This document shows positions 55,501 to 64,000 of a DNA stretch of 64,000 nucleotides, in pieces. Position 1 is the stretch's first letter, and each line of letters begins with the position of its first letter. Position numbers and translations under genes: made by a program. The notes below the pieces were generated by a model. The model did not search any database and had not been told where the DNA came from. It saw nothing but the letters and a program-made list of their open reading frames with translations. Source of the DNA: Bugula neritina (Eukaryota; Animalia; Bryozoa); assembly GCA_964035545.1 (NCBI GenBank), contig OZ037766.1:5198722-5262721 (forward strand), read 5' to 3'.

Positions 55501-58500
55501 CCACCCAAGAGTCAACTTTCTCCTCAAATAGGAGCCGTGAACTCAAGTTTTGGAGGCCAACATTCGGGAAACCATTCTTCAGGTAAAAGCACTGTCCAGG
55601 CCAAGTTATCCGCTCTGAAGGAGTCAACCAAGGCCACTCTTCTTCCAGCTAGTTCACCTTCTCCGATGGATACAAAGACATCTTCACCAAACTCGACCTC
55701 TTCAACTGCCAGGAAGACCTCTACTCCCGTATCCACGGCATCTCAATCTGACACAAAGAGTTCTGCAGCTCCTACTACACTTACCTCACCCGGCTCTGTT
55801 AAATCTCTGCCGTCATCTACTGGAGATCGTACACCATCAGCCCTCAAAGAGCGTTCACAAAGTTCAGCTGTAAAGAGTGCTGCGGCTTCTATGAGTAGTC
55901 CTGAACCATTGCCGATTAGTCATAAACCAGCAACAGCAAGCCTAAAATTATCTGTCACTAGCCCCAAATCGTCTGCAACCAGCCCCAAATCGTCTGCAAC
56001 CAGCCCCAAGTCATCTTCAACCAGCCCCAAGTCATCTTCAACCAGCCCCAAGTCATCTGCAACCAGCCCCAAGTCATCTGTCAGTAGTCCCAAGTCATCT
56101 ACTATCAGTCCCAAGTCATCTGCAACCAGCCCCAAGTTGCCTGTTACTACTCCTGAGCCATCAACCGAGGTTTCCCTCACTTTAGCCAGGTGGGTTTCTG
56201 CTATTTAAAAATACATGCATAATGACAATTTCAGAATTAATTATTTGTAATTCTGATGAACACCAAACTCATCACCATGTATATTATAATTTAGAATCAT
56301 ATAGAATATAAGACACCTTGTGACATAGTAACTAATAGGTTTCTGCTAGTAAAATTAATTTGTTACACTTTAATTATCACTTTGGCCTGAAGTTATTGTT
56401 GCTAATTTTCTTGATGGAGATTGTCTCCCTTGTGTGATGACATCACAGGTTGGATGCTGCGATTAAGAATACAAAAACATTGAATATATAAGCGTTTGTG
56501 TTGAGGTTTTAAGATTGTTGAAATGCATAAATTAATTATTACTGTTTGATAAGTTGATGGAACTCGCCTACCAAATGTCTATTTTATCCAAATATTATCA
56601 TTTTAGTAAAAATAGCCCTTTTTATGGTTATGAGTGATTTCATCAGTATTGTTAGATCTGGACATCTACTCTCCATAAAATGTTTGTAGCAGCCAGACCT
56701 CCGTGTCAGAACTGGGTACTCTCAAACCACAAGTGAAAAGCAAGTCCCTCCCTCATTTCAAGAAACAACCAATCAAAGAATCAGCTATTTCACCGTAAGT
56801 TTGCTCCTTTTTTTATTTTTTCACATTACTTTGTTAAAGCTGTTGTGCTGCCATAGTTTCCAGTATATCCTTTGCAGTGATGAAAGAGATCTGATAATGG
56901 CCATGGTTACAATATTAACTCCACAATTTAGATATACAAAAATCTTGTATGTCAAAGCTTCTCACAGCTGTTTTTGTTTCTTTTAAAAGTTATGAATTTT
57001 TTTATCAAATATTTATATCAAAATGGTTATAGGTCTGCCAGAGATAGCCATGCCTACTGTTGACTACCTTTATATTAGCCAGTGGAGATGTGTTATGCTG
57101 TTATATAGACACTTTCTTAGTTACTATACTTGGTTACTCTGTTATATTTAGTCAATGAACTCACTCACTGATAGCTGGTGATATAATGTACTGCACAGGT
57201 GTAACACTCTAGTGCAGAGTTGTATGCCCTTAAAACTAATACTAATTAGTTCATTAGTCATTTGGCAACTGCTGCTGCTGACATTTCACCTTTAGACTGA
57301 TTCGTTGTATTCATTAGATTTTAGATATTTCATTATCTGCTACACATCTCCTGGCATTACAGCACAAACCATGCCTACGTTGTAGAGAGAGGCCTTGCAT
57401 CCTTTTCTTTTAGTTGCACGGTTAGTTGTTTAGCTTTTCGATGCTGCCTGAGCAATGCTGCGTTTATTGTTTTGAAGAATTCGGAAAGACGAAGAGCGTA
57501 AGGTGCGACCTATTTTCGTAGATCCCAGCGTAACCGTAACGGAGAGGGTTATAGCCATAGAGAGCAGAAAACGTCCCCAACTATCTTCTCATTCTGACAA
57601 TATCAGTGCGACTGAGTATTTTACTAAAGGTAAGCTCAAGTGTGCTCTGCATGTTTAGTTACTATTCAAGATAATAGAATGCACAAAAACTGGCTCTTCC
57701 ACAACCTCCCACTATTTCAACCTCATCTCTGTTATAACTTCATTAGGTTTACTGTATTAAGGTGTTCAGTGAGAAAAAAGCATTTGTATGATGCACAGCG
57801 ATGAAAGAAACTCTTGCAAAAATGAAAGAGTAATTGACACTCGTAACAGTTAATTTTGCCTCATTGCAATTCATATTGGTTATCAAATATATCAAAATAA
57901 TATATATATTAAATATAATGTATCATTCAATAATCAATATATCAGTTACTTCGAAGCATTAATTACGTCATTTGTTAAAGGATTGTTAAGTGTCAGGGGG
58001 TGTAGCTCAAATGGTAGAGCGCTCGCTTAGCATGCGAGAGGTACCGGGATCGATACCCGGCACCTCCACATTTTTTTCTTTTCGGCTTGAAGCTGCTTGC
58101 ATTAATGGAGAATTATTATCAACAAAGTTACCAACACGTAACTGCAGTGCTGTATGGAGCTGAATTGTTTATATTCTTTCTATTAATTTTAAACTTCTAA
58201 AAAGTTATGAAAACAGTTATTTGGAAAAACCCGGAATACAAATTTTATTAGCTGTTACTTTTATATATTTTAATCATTATTGCAAACTTGTAAATTAAAA
58301 GCTATGTACCATAGTCTCACAAAGTTACTATATTGAAGCTGCTCAATTTCAATTGACTAGTTAATCAATTACTATAGTTTTTTTATAATATATTCATTTT
58401 TGGTAGACACTTTTTATAAGGCTGGTGACATGATGTTTTGCCCACAGGTGACGTTGAAGTTGAAATTGAAACTGAAGATGACAATCCTATAGACAATTAT

Positions 58501-61500
58501 GAAGTAAAATTACCAAATTCAGAGCCACAAGCTTTTGATTGGAACTCTCTGCCTATCGCACCTTTACAAGAGCGAAAAATAGTTGTGGAATCAAAAGAAC
58601 GAAGCAATCCATTGCGTGACAAAGAAATTATAATTATTGAGAGAGAAGAAGTTGGCTTAGAAATTGAAGATGCTTTAAATTTAGGTATGTAGAAGCAAAA
58701 AGAAGCGCCCGAGGTGGGGCTCGAACCCACGACCCTGGGATTAAGAGTCCCATGCTCTACCGACTGAGCCACCCGGGCTGTTGAGTGTTGCGCTTCCTAG
58801 CCTGTAATAAATTAGAACAAAATAGAAAACCATATTTGTTTGCTTTGTTTGGACCGTTTCCATAAAGAAAGCATGGCCGAACAACCATCACAACCCAAAA
58901 GTGGAATCAAAGTGTCAAACCCATTGAGACTGTAATGTTTTAAAACCAGACATTTTCTTGCACACAAAAGTTTTTGTATTTAATCGAAATAGAAATATAA
59001 AAAATACGTAGTTTTCAAACTGCTCAACCAACGGGAACCTGCATATCTCAATTACTTGGAGGGATTTTAATAATGCAGTATTTTATTCAATGTGTACAGG
59101 CCTTCACTGCTGGGTTGATTATGTTCGATCTATTTTCGTGAGCTTTTATGCAAGAGATTCATAAATTTTGTGACGCAATGTATAAACCTTGGATTCGTTT
59201 TTGGCACTCCAGTATTATACTGCTGAGGCCAGCACTGTGTGCCTTGGAATGTGGCATATAGCTGTTGTCATAGTTATTGAATAAACATTATAGTATGCAT
59301 TCAAAATAAAATTAAATTACTCATCTGCGAATGAGCCATTCAACAGATGTACATAAAACATACTACTACTACTGTTGCTACAGCTCATACTACTACTACT
59401 ACTACTACTGATACAATTACTGCTGCTGCTGCTGCATACCTACAATGTAATAACATGGAGCTTTTTCTCTACAACTGTAGGCCACATTAACTACACCACC
59501 AACCAGTTCACCCATCCAGTCAGCAAAGAAATCATGCCAATTCAAAAAGCTGCCACCAAAGGATATCTGAAGGGCAGTCAGCAAGACATTGAAGCTGCCA
59601 TTGATGCCTACAGGAAGCGTGCATCTGTCATGGAATACAAAGTCACTGCGGTAAGTGTTTTAGAGGCTTCTGTGTCTTATACTGCGGCTGTTACACCAAT
59701 CTACCACACCTACAGTGTTTTCTTTACATCTATGTACATTGTTAAATACTCTGAACGCAAATGTATGAATTGAAATCAAGACGTTTTCAGGAATAATGGG
59801 GGTGAGGACATCTGTAAAATATTATGGTCACTTTAAATGTGTAATTTCACATTGTATGGTTGGGGCATAGAGTAATTATGATAATTGTAATCAAGTACTG
59901 GTGATAAAAATACCATAAGCGCCATACGTATTTACTTAGACAAGTATTAATCGGTCACGCTGTATCAGCCGAAATAGCTCAGTTGGGAGAGCGTTAGACT
60001 GAAGATCTAAAGGTCCCTGGTTCGATCCCGGGTTTCGGCAACTGCCAAATCTGGTGGCTGATATTTTTTTTTTTAAACTTGAGTTAGCTACAAGTTTTTC
60101 AATTACAACTTTTATTTTTTTCAGGAAGAATCATACAAAGAAAACCGAGAGAGTCGAGGCGTACCATTTATTGAAGCTGTAGATACAGGCCAGGTTGACT
60201 TACAGTCTGGAACGTTCAAAGATACTCGTTCTTTAGTACAATATAGCCTCAGTGATGCCATTTCTGAAGCCTTACTTGACGGTGAGTCTGCTTGGTTCAC
60301 TACTCCTGGCACCAAAAGGCTGTTTAACATTTCTGAAGCTATTCGATGCAAAGCTATGGATAATCATGGATTCTGGTGCAGTCAACTTTCAGGTATGTTT
60401 TTAAATAAGTTTATATTTACTGCAAAATAATGCAACTACATCCGTTGCATCTAGATACTAAATAAAACTAAATTTGATTGCCTCAGTTTTTCAAACTTCA
60501 GTAATTTTCTTTTAAACATGCAAACTTTGGGAAGTTTTTGATTTAATCTTTTGCACCTAGTCATTAAAAACTTTGCTTACTTGCAGGGCAAAAGTTGTCA
60601 TTCTCTGAAGGAATAAAGAAAGGGTACATCGTCCTGCTTGATCCTGCCAATGAAAATCGATGCCTACTGACTCAAGTCAAGAAGTTCTCAGTGCATCGTG
60701 TCATACATCCTGTATCCATGGAGACAGTTGACTACAGTGTAGCTGTGTTAGAAGGCAAGTGTAATTCAAACCAAGCCCCTGATAAATGTGTCGCATTGCA
60801 TATAAGAATAATCTAGAAAGTCCCGCTTCGATCAATGTGATTTGGGAGTGAAATCTCATCTTAGGAAATTGTCAAACTTTAATGTTCAGTTTTCATAATC
60901 AGCTCAGGTTTTACATCAATTGTGACCCACTAGGTGTGATTTTAAGTTGAAAGTGAAATGATTTTAAATATATTTCTGTTACCCTCGCAGTTGAAAGCAA
61001 AACGTACTCCAGTTTATAATTATTTGTCACAAAATTTGAGAAAACTGCATATCTACTTTTAGAAAAACACCTGTTGAAAAGCTTGATCAGTTTCAACCTG
61101 TTGATTAAATAATTGTTAAACTACCTTACAATTGTAATTTTGCTAACTTTACTTAGTACTATATCAAGATTATGGACTTTTAACTAATTTGAAACAAGTT
61201 CCAGTGTTTACTTGTTTGTTATGTAAAGAATTCTACCATATCTACAAAATATTCAGATGTGTGCACACTGTAACTGTAAATGTGAGATTAGAGGCACATA
61301 ACATAGTATCATTTCTTACATACAGGCGTTATAAACACTGTTGAGGGCGTATACAGGAGCCCCGTAACAGGGGACAGCCTCACTATTGACGAAGCTATAG
61401 AAAAGCGTCTGATAGCTGGAATTCTGTTGTCCATGAAGACCAGAAGGTCAGCGCTGCCTGAGCCACAGAAACTAGCTCTATTTACAGAACGTCTCAGCTA

Positions 61501-63976
61501 CACCATCACCCACGCCAAAAACACGGTTACAGGTAATTTAAGCTTTATATATTATAAAAGTTGTGATCAGGACTTGTGAATATTTGATAGCTAAATGTAG
61601 TTTAGTATTGGTGTTCCACATCTACTCATGGAGATTATAGAACTTTAAAAGTTTATGAGAAAATTTCAAGTTGCCCTTGAAAACCAATTAGTGTTAGTGT
61701 TATGAATGTTATTTAACATAAAATGAAGCTATAGCTTCTAGTCTGCAGTGAGCCTACGTGCATGTGCTACTGAAGATTAAGACAGATAATTATTTATAAA
61801 TGAAATATTGGTTTATTTTATCAAAGCTTTTTTTATAGTGAGTTAATGCAGTGATCAGTGATTTGTATCATCTCTTGCCAGCTGTTTGTTTATCAATTTT
61901 CTCACGATGCAAATTGTTTGCTTTGTGTTTTGGTCACATTCAGTAGCGGTCTCATCTTTACTATCACTGCCCATAATCACTAGCCGAAATAGCTCAGTTG
62001 GGAGAGCGTTAGACTGAAGATCTAAAGGTCCCTGGTTCGATCCCGGGTTTCGGCAACTGCCAAATCTGGTGGCTAGTATTTTTTGTTAAGCCTTTTCAAA
62101 CTGAAACACTCCATCTCTAATTATAACAGCTTTATGTATTACATTTTGGCAACTGTTGGAATAAAAGTCTATTCAGAGTCTGACGTAATATTATCACTCC
62201 CTGCTACATTGCAACATGATATAATTTTCGCATCTGACACCATCAGCCCACTGCTAGCAATTATGATCAAGAGTCAAGTTACGAGTATCTAAAAGTTGAT
62301 AACTATTTATTTGACTGAAAATAGAAGAATTTTTAATTTTCAAGTGCATAAAAAGCCTGCAGACCGATAGAGTAGCTCATTGGCCCTAAGCTGCTCACAC
62401 TAAACACCCCACTATCAGGTTGTGTGTGCTAGTTTACTATGCTGGCTGGTTAAAGTTGTTAAATCACACTTTTAGGTAAAAACATGACAATCGGGGAAGC
62501 CAGAGCCCAGGGAATTCTAGACAAAGATTTGACAACGTTTACTGACCTGAAGAGTGGTAAAATATATTCTATTCAGGAAGCTATTGATTCAAACTTTCTT
62601 GTTGCAACTTTGGACAATTCCAGCTCTCCCACAGCTAAAGGTGAGTTTCTATCGGAAGCTAGCTATAAAAAGTATGAGTTGGTTTTACTAAGTACTAGTA
62701 AAAGTACTTTTATTTTCTATAATGTAATGTATCTTCTCAAAACTGGGTATGAATAGCAGCCTGGTGTATTGAAATATAAACAAATAGAAAAGCTATTCAG
62801 GCCAATTATGAGTTGATTTAACCCATTAATTATTCTAACAATAAAGCATGACCAGATACATTTCTTGTTCTGAGAGCCTCTTGTTCACCGTGTTGTGTCT
62901 CGTAGGAGCTCGGTTTGTATCGACAAAAGTCCACAACATTGACTCGGTGGTGAACCCTCGAACTAAGAATACCATATCTGTATATGAAGCTGTGAAGGAG
63001 GGAATAATAGATGAAGAAACAGGTTAGTAGTCTTAGTACCAAGATGAAGTTTATTTCATGGGTTTAGCTGTGGAAAAACACAATGCTTGATCAGCTAGCT
63101 GTAAATAATAATATGTTGGGTTATACATTTGTTGACACTGTGATACTATGAAATCTAGCCAAGTGAAAAGATATTGCTGCAGTATTAGTATTAAGCACGA
63201 ACACCTTCCTAGAAACGGCATAGATTTTGTGAAATTGCTGCAATCTAACATATTTGCAACTGTTTTATTGGAAATTTCTATTAGCAAGCAACAATTGTTT
63301 CAACATTTGACAGGTTGTTACAAAAAATACTTGCTTACTTTGGATTTATTAAAATCTATTTGATGTCAGTTATCTGAAAGTCTTGTTTAAATATCTTACA
63401 AATATGATTGGAATTTTGAATAGGTGATTATGCCAACTTGGATGAGAATGAGAAGCTGAACATATCAACGGCTATAGAGAAAGGGTTGGTCAAGACCCGT
63501 CCCCTACCCACACCGGTTAATGACACACCGTCTCTCTCTATTACCGCTGTAACGAATCCCAACTCAGGTAAATATAAAACTATCAAGTGTGTACCACTAA
63601 AAAGTGTTCAACAGGAAATTTTATATATTTGTTTTAAAATATCAGTGTGAGTATGATTGAATACAAAACGTGACATAATTTATAAAAGTGTGTTATGGGT
63701 CTTATTGCTAGCTGTTTAAATAATGCAAAATTGAGAATCACAATAAAGGCTTATGAGAGCAGATATAGTCCTAGGGAGTTGTCATCTCAATGTGGTATAT
63801 TGCTATTGCAGGAGAACTGCTAACTGTGACGCAGGCATTACAACAAGGTTTCCTAGATCGTGGTCGAAAGCACTTCTGCAATCCCTTCACAGGAACTGTT
63901 TGTTCATTAAATGAAGCTATCAACAATGGCTGGATTCACCTCAAATCTAACATTGAATCTCAGGGCTTTTCGTATG
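10351..63976 (+). CDS. shot: Spectraplakin (short stop/VAB-10/dystonin/MACF1/plectin family), multi-exon, 3'-incomplete in window
   Basis: About 45 phase-compatible exons giving [31 protein letters not shown] (CH1), [18 protein letters not shown]...RLLDPED...[10 protein letters not shown] (CH2), [24 protein letters not shown] (plakin domain), SH3 (ALCSY...KWRVRN...VVPSICL) and many plakin-repeat units (e.g. [20 protein letters not shown]). Confidence 0.93.
11928..12102. repeat. Pentanucleotide microsatellite (CTATG/CTATA, ending in GCACT)
   Basis: Direct reading. Confidence 0.9.
13789..13825 (+). CDS. Candidate alternative first coding exon B ([13 protein letters not shown])
   Basis: ATCATGG start context, strong TG|GTAAG donor, phase 1 compatible with the CH1 exon at 15379. 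Confidence 0.65.
14365..14446 (-). tRNA. tRNA-Ser(UGA), intronic, antisense
   Basis: 82 nt, GCTGCGA acceptor stem, ATGGA-CT-TGA-AA-TCCAT anticodon arm, long variable arm, G73, T-run terminator. Confidence 0.97.
15379..16884 (+). CDS. CH1 domain exons 15379-15440, 16264-16353, 16714-16884
   Basis: [17 protein letters not shown] / [20 protein letters not shown] / [14 protein letters not shown]...[29 protein letters not shown]; canonical AG/GT borders. Confidence 0.95.
18510..18851. mobile_element. Non-autonomous hAT (Charlie-like) MITE, 342 bp
   Basis: TIRs CAGGGCTGTCCAAC / GTTGGACACCCTTG, perfect 8-bp TSD TCCTAAAA, subterminal TGTGGCCC repeats. Confidence 0.9.
20177..20317 (+). CDS. Candidate alternative first coding exon C for a CH1-less isoform ([15 protein letters not shown]...[15 protein letters not shown])
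   Basis: 47 open codons, GAGATGG context, in-frame stop upstream, CAG|GTGGGT phase-0 donor compatible with 32018. Confidence 0.6.
20617..20760. repeat. ~21-bp minisatellite (AGACACATATTAGACACCTGT)
   Basis: About 6-7 degenerate units. Confidence 0.8.
24130..24278. repeat. Foldback element with ~48-bp arms (family also at 27607-27744 and 32247-32289)
   Basis: tcgttctataagcagctccgagttg.. / ..caactcggagctgcttatagaacga. Confidence 0.85.
27094..27189 (+). CDS. Candidate alternative first coding exon D for a CH1-less isoform ([32 protein letters not shown])
   Basis: 32 open codons, phase-0 donor GAG|GTTTGA (weak), CpG-rich promoter-like stretch upstream at ~26560-26960. Confidence 0.55.
27607..27744. 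repeat. Foldback element, diverged copy
   Basis: gaaagtggctaaaagcagc...gcagtttgag / ctcaaactactgc...gctgcttttagcaactttc. Confidence 0.8.
29861..30777. mobile_element. Nested pair of related MITEs with CACTGCGTTTCCAT TIRs (inner element 29876-30625)
   Basis: Four TIR copies (starting 29861 and 29876, ending 30625 and 30777); outer TSD AGT/AGT, inner flanks ATT/AAT. Superfamily (CACTA-like or PIF/Harbinger-like) uncertain. Confidence 0.85.
32018..34516 (+). CDS. CH2 domain exons 32018-32178, 33579-33694, 34413-34516
   Basis: SLLQWSQ...[14 protein letters not shown]...[23 protein letters not shown]...[14 protein letters not shown]; phases 2/1/0 consistent. Confidence 0.95.
32247..32289. repeat. 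Foldback element, internally deleted copy (perfect 18-bp stem)
   Basis: ataagcagctcagagttg-aggcccc-caactctgagctgcttat. Confidence 0.8.
33440..33560. repeat. ~14-bp minisatellite (TAAAGCAACTTAAA)
   Basis: Degenerate tandem units ending ~20 nt before the 33579 acceptor. Confidence 0.8.
33724..34115. repeat. 19-bp minisatellite (GTAAACCTGTGACCTGATA) x ~20
   Basis: Head-to-tail units without spacers. Confidence 0.95.
34525..34716. repeat. 14-bp minisatellite (ACTGTGTCACATRT) x ~14
   Basis: Head-to-tail units; they explain the three overlapping repetitive ORFs. Confidence 0.95.
35008..46630 (+). CDS. Plakin domain (spectrin repeats + SH3) exons
   Basis: Exons 35008-35127, 35912-36007, 36493-36510, 36901-37116, 37589-37752, 38119-38274, 38433-38706, 38995-39204, 39539-39700, 40837-40924, 41063-41175, 41433-41588, 41707-41820, 41986-42255, 42752-42928, 43545-43703, 44131-44298, 44511-44633, 45389-45579, 46049-46157, 46281-46361, 46526-46630 (last one tentative); the frame stays open across junctions. 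Confidence 0.88.
35598..35670 (-). tRNA. tRNA-Phe(GAA), intronic, antisense
   Basis: GCCGAAATAGCTCAGTTGGGAGAGCGTTAGACTGAAGATCTAAAGGTCCCTGGTTCGATCCCGGGTTTCGGCA; T6 terminator at 35574-35569. Confidence 0.98.
41254..41326 (+). tRNA. tRNA-Val(AAC), intronic, sense
   Basis: Full cloverleaf, TCTGC-TT-AAC-AC-GCAGA, T-run 2 nt downstream. Confidence 0.95.
42418..42489 (-). tRNA. tRNA-Glu(CUC), intronic, antisense
   Basis: TCCCAGGTGGTCTAGTGGTTAGGATCCGGCG-CT-CTC-AC-CGCCG...GTTCGATTCCCCGTCTGGGAA, then a T-run. Confidence 0.96.
43359..43431 (+). tRNA. tRNA-Val(UAC), intronic, sense
   Basis: Full cloverleaf, TCTGC-TT-TAC-AC-GCAGA, T8 terminator. Confidence 0.95.
44762..44843 (-). tRNA. tRNA-Ser(AGA), intronic, antisense
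   Basis: 82 nt, ATTGA-CT-AGA-AA-TCAAT, long variable arm, G73, T-run. Confidence 0.97.
45762..45879. mobile_element. Degenerate short copy of the CACTGCGTTTCCAT MITE family
   Basis: gcataatgcgcagtcatggaaacgcagtg matches 30749-30777; the left part resembles the other end (gaatggatt..cat..atggaaa.agttgcatc). Confidence 0.7.
47673..63976 (+). CDS. Plakin-repeat-domain and low-complexity linker exons
   Basis: Exons 47673-48270, 48488-48646, 48838-50733, 50838-50899, 51574-51781, 52144-52248, 52743-52929, 53327-53493, 53859-54045, 54573-54781, 55252-56189, 56690-56794, 57478-57629, 58448-58684, 59481-59650, 60125-60392, 60587-60754, 61326-61532, 62476-62640, 62906-63022, 63424-63567, 63812-63976; recurring [D/N]PxTG...S/TxxEAxxxGxI motifs. 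The junction from 46630 into 47673 (phase 2) is unresolved. Confidence 0.82.
49468..49602 (+). repeat. Coding 21-bp repeat, LPPPS[A/T]E x 5-6
   Basis: Within the 1.9-kb exon. Confidence 0.9.
53718..53838. repeat. 17-bp minisatellite (TAACTTAGTGTATCTTC)
   Basis: About 6-7 units before the 53859 acceptor. Confidence 0.85.
55957..56136 (+). repeat. Coding 21-bp repeat, SPKSS[A/S/V/T]x x 8-9
   Basis: Within exon 55252-56189. Confidence 0.92.
57996..58068 (+). tRNA. tRNA-Ala(AGC), intronic, sense
   Basis: G3:U70 pair, CTCGC-TT-AGC-AT-GCGAG, T7 terminator. Confidence 0.97.
58706..58778 (-). tRNA. tRNA-Lys(CUU), intronic, antisense
   Basis: GCCCGGGTGGCTCAGTCGGTAGAGCATGGGA-CT-CTT-AA-TCCCA...GTTCGAGCCCCACCTCGGGCG, T5 terminator. 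Confidence 0.96.
59968..60040 (+). tRNA. tRNA-Phe(GAA), intronic, sense
   Basis: 73-nt body identical to the 35598 copy; T-run from 60064. Confidence 0.98.
61983..62055 (+). tRNA. tRNA-Phe(GAA), intronic, sense
   Basis: Identical 73-nt body; T-run from 62079. Confidence 0.98.
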
Positions 63977-64000
63977 GTAAGCTTTCAGTAATCAACTTGA

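Noticed and set aside
55920-56180. Minus-strand DDLGLV-repeat ORF (also the 49424-49747 alternative frame)
   Set aside because: Shadow frames of coding 21-bp repeats.
56434-56520. C-box-like GTGATGA suggesting a snoRNA
   Set aside because: No D box with a terminal stem at a suitable distance.
58044-58060. Non-canonical T-loop (GATCGAT, A54) in tRNA-Ala
   Set aside because: A54 is normal for many eukaryotic cytosolic Ala tRNAs.

Overview
AT-rich metazoan (invertebrate; species not identifiable from sequence alone) genomic window with two divergent protein genes. (1) Minus strand: a sarcoplasmic calcium-binding protein (SCP)-like EF-hand gene, CDS 425-1048 without coding introns and with a probable 5'-UTR intron. 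(2) Plus strand: the 5' part of a large multi-exon spectraplakin (shot/vab-10/DST/MACF1/plectin family). It runs CH1-CH2 actin-binding domain, plakin domain with SH3, then plakin-repeat domains interleaved with Ser/Thr/Pro-rich exons, and continues past the window end. It has four candidate alternative first coding exons, two GC-AG introns and an 18-nt microexon. Ten intact tRNA genes lie inside it, exactly one per intron, 5 sense and 5 antisense. The most striking signal is in the three tRNA-Phe genes: they share an exactly 23-nt hairpin-forming 3' trailer whose variable end co-varies with each copy's otherwise unrelated 5' leader. Also present: nested and foldback MITEs, a hAT MITE, minisatellites next to splice sites, a dispersed GGAGTTGTC motif, and ~1-kb hexamer-phased tracts on either side of the divergent promoter region. 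All exon and RNA calls were made by eye.
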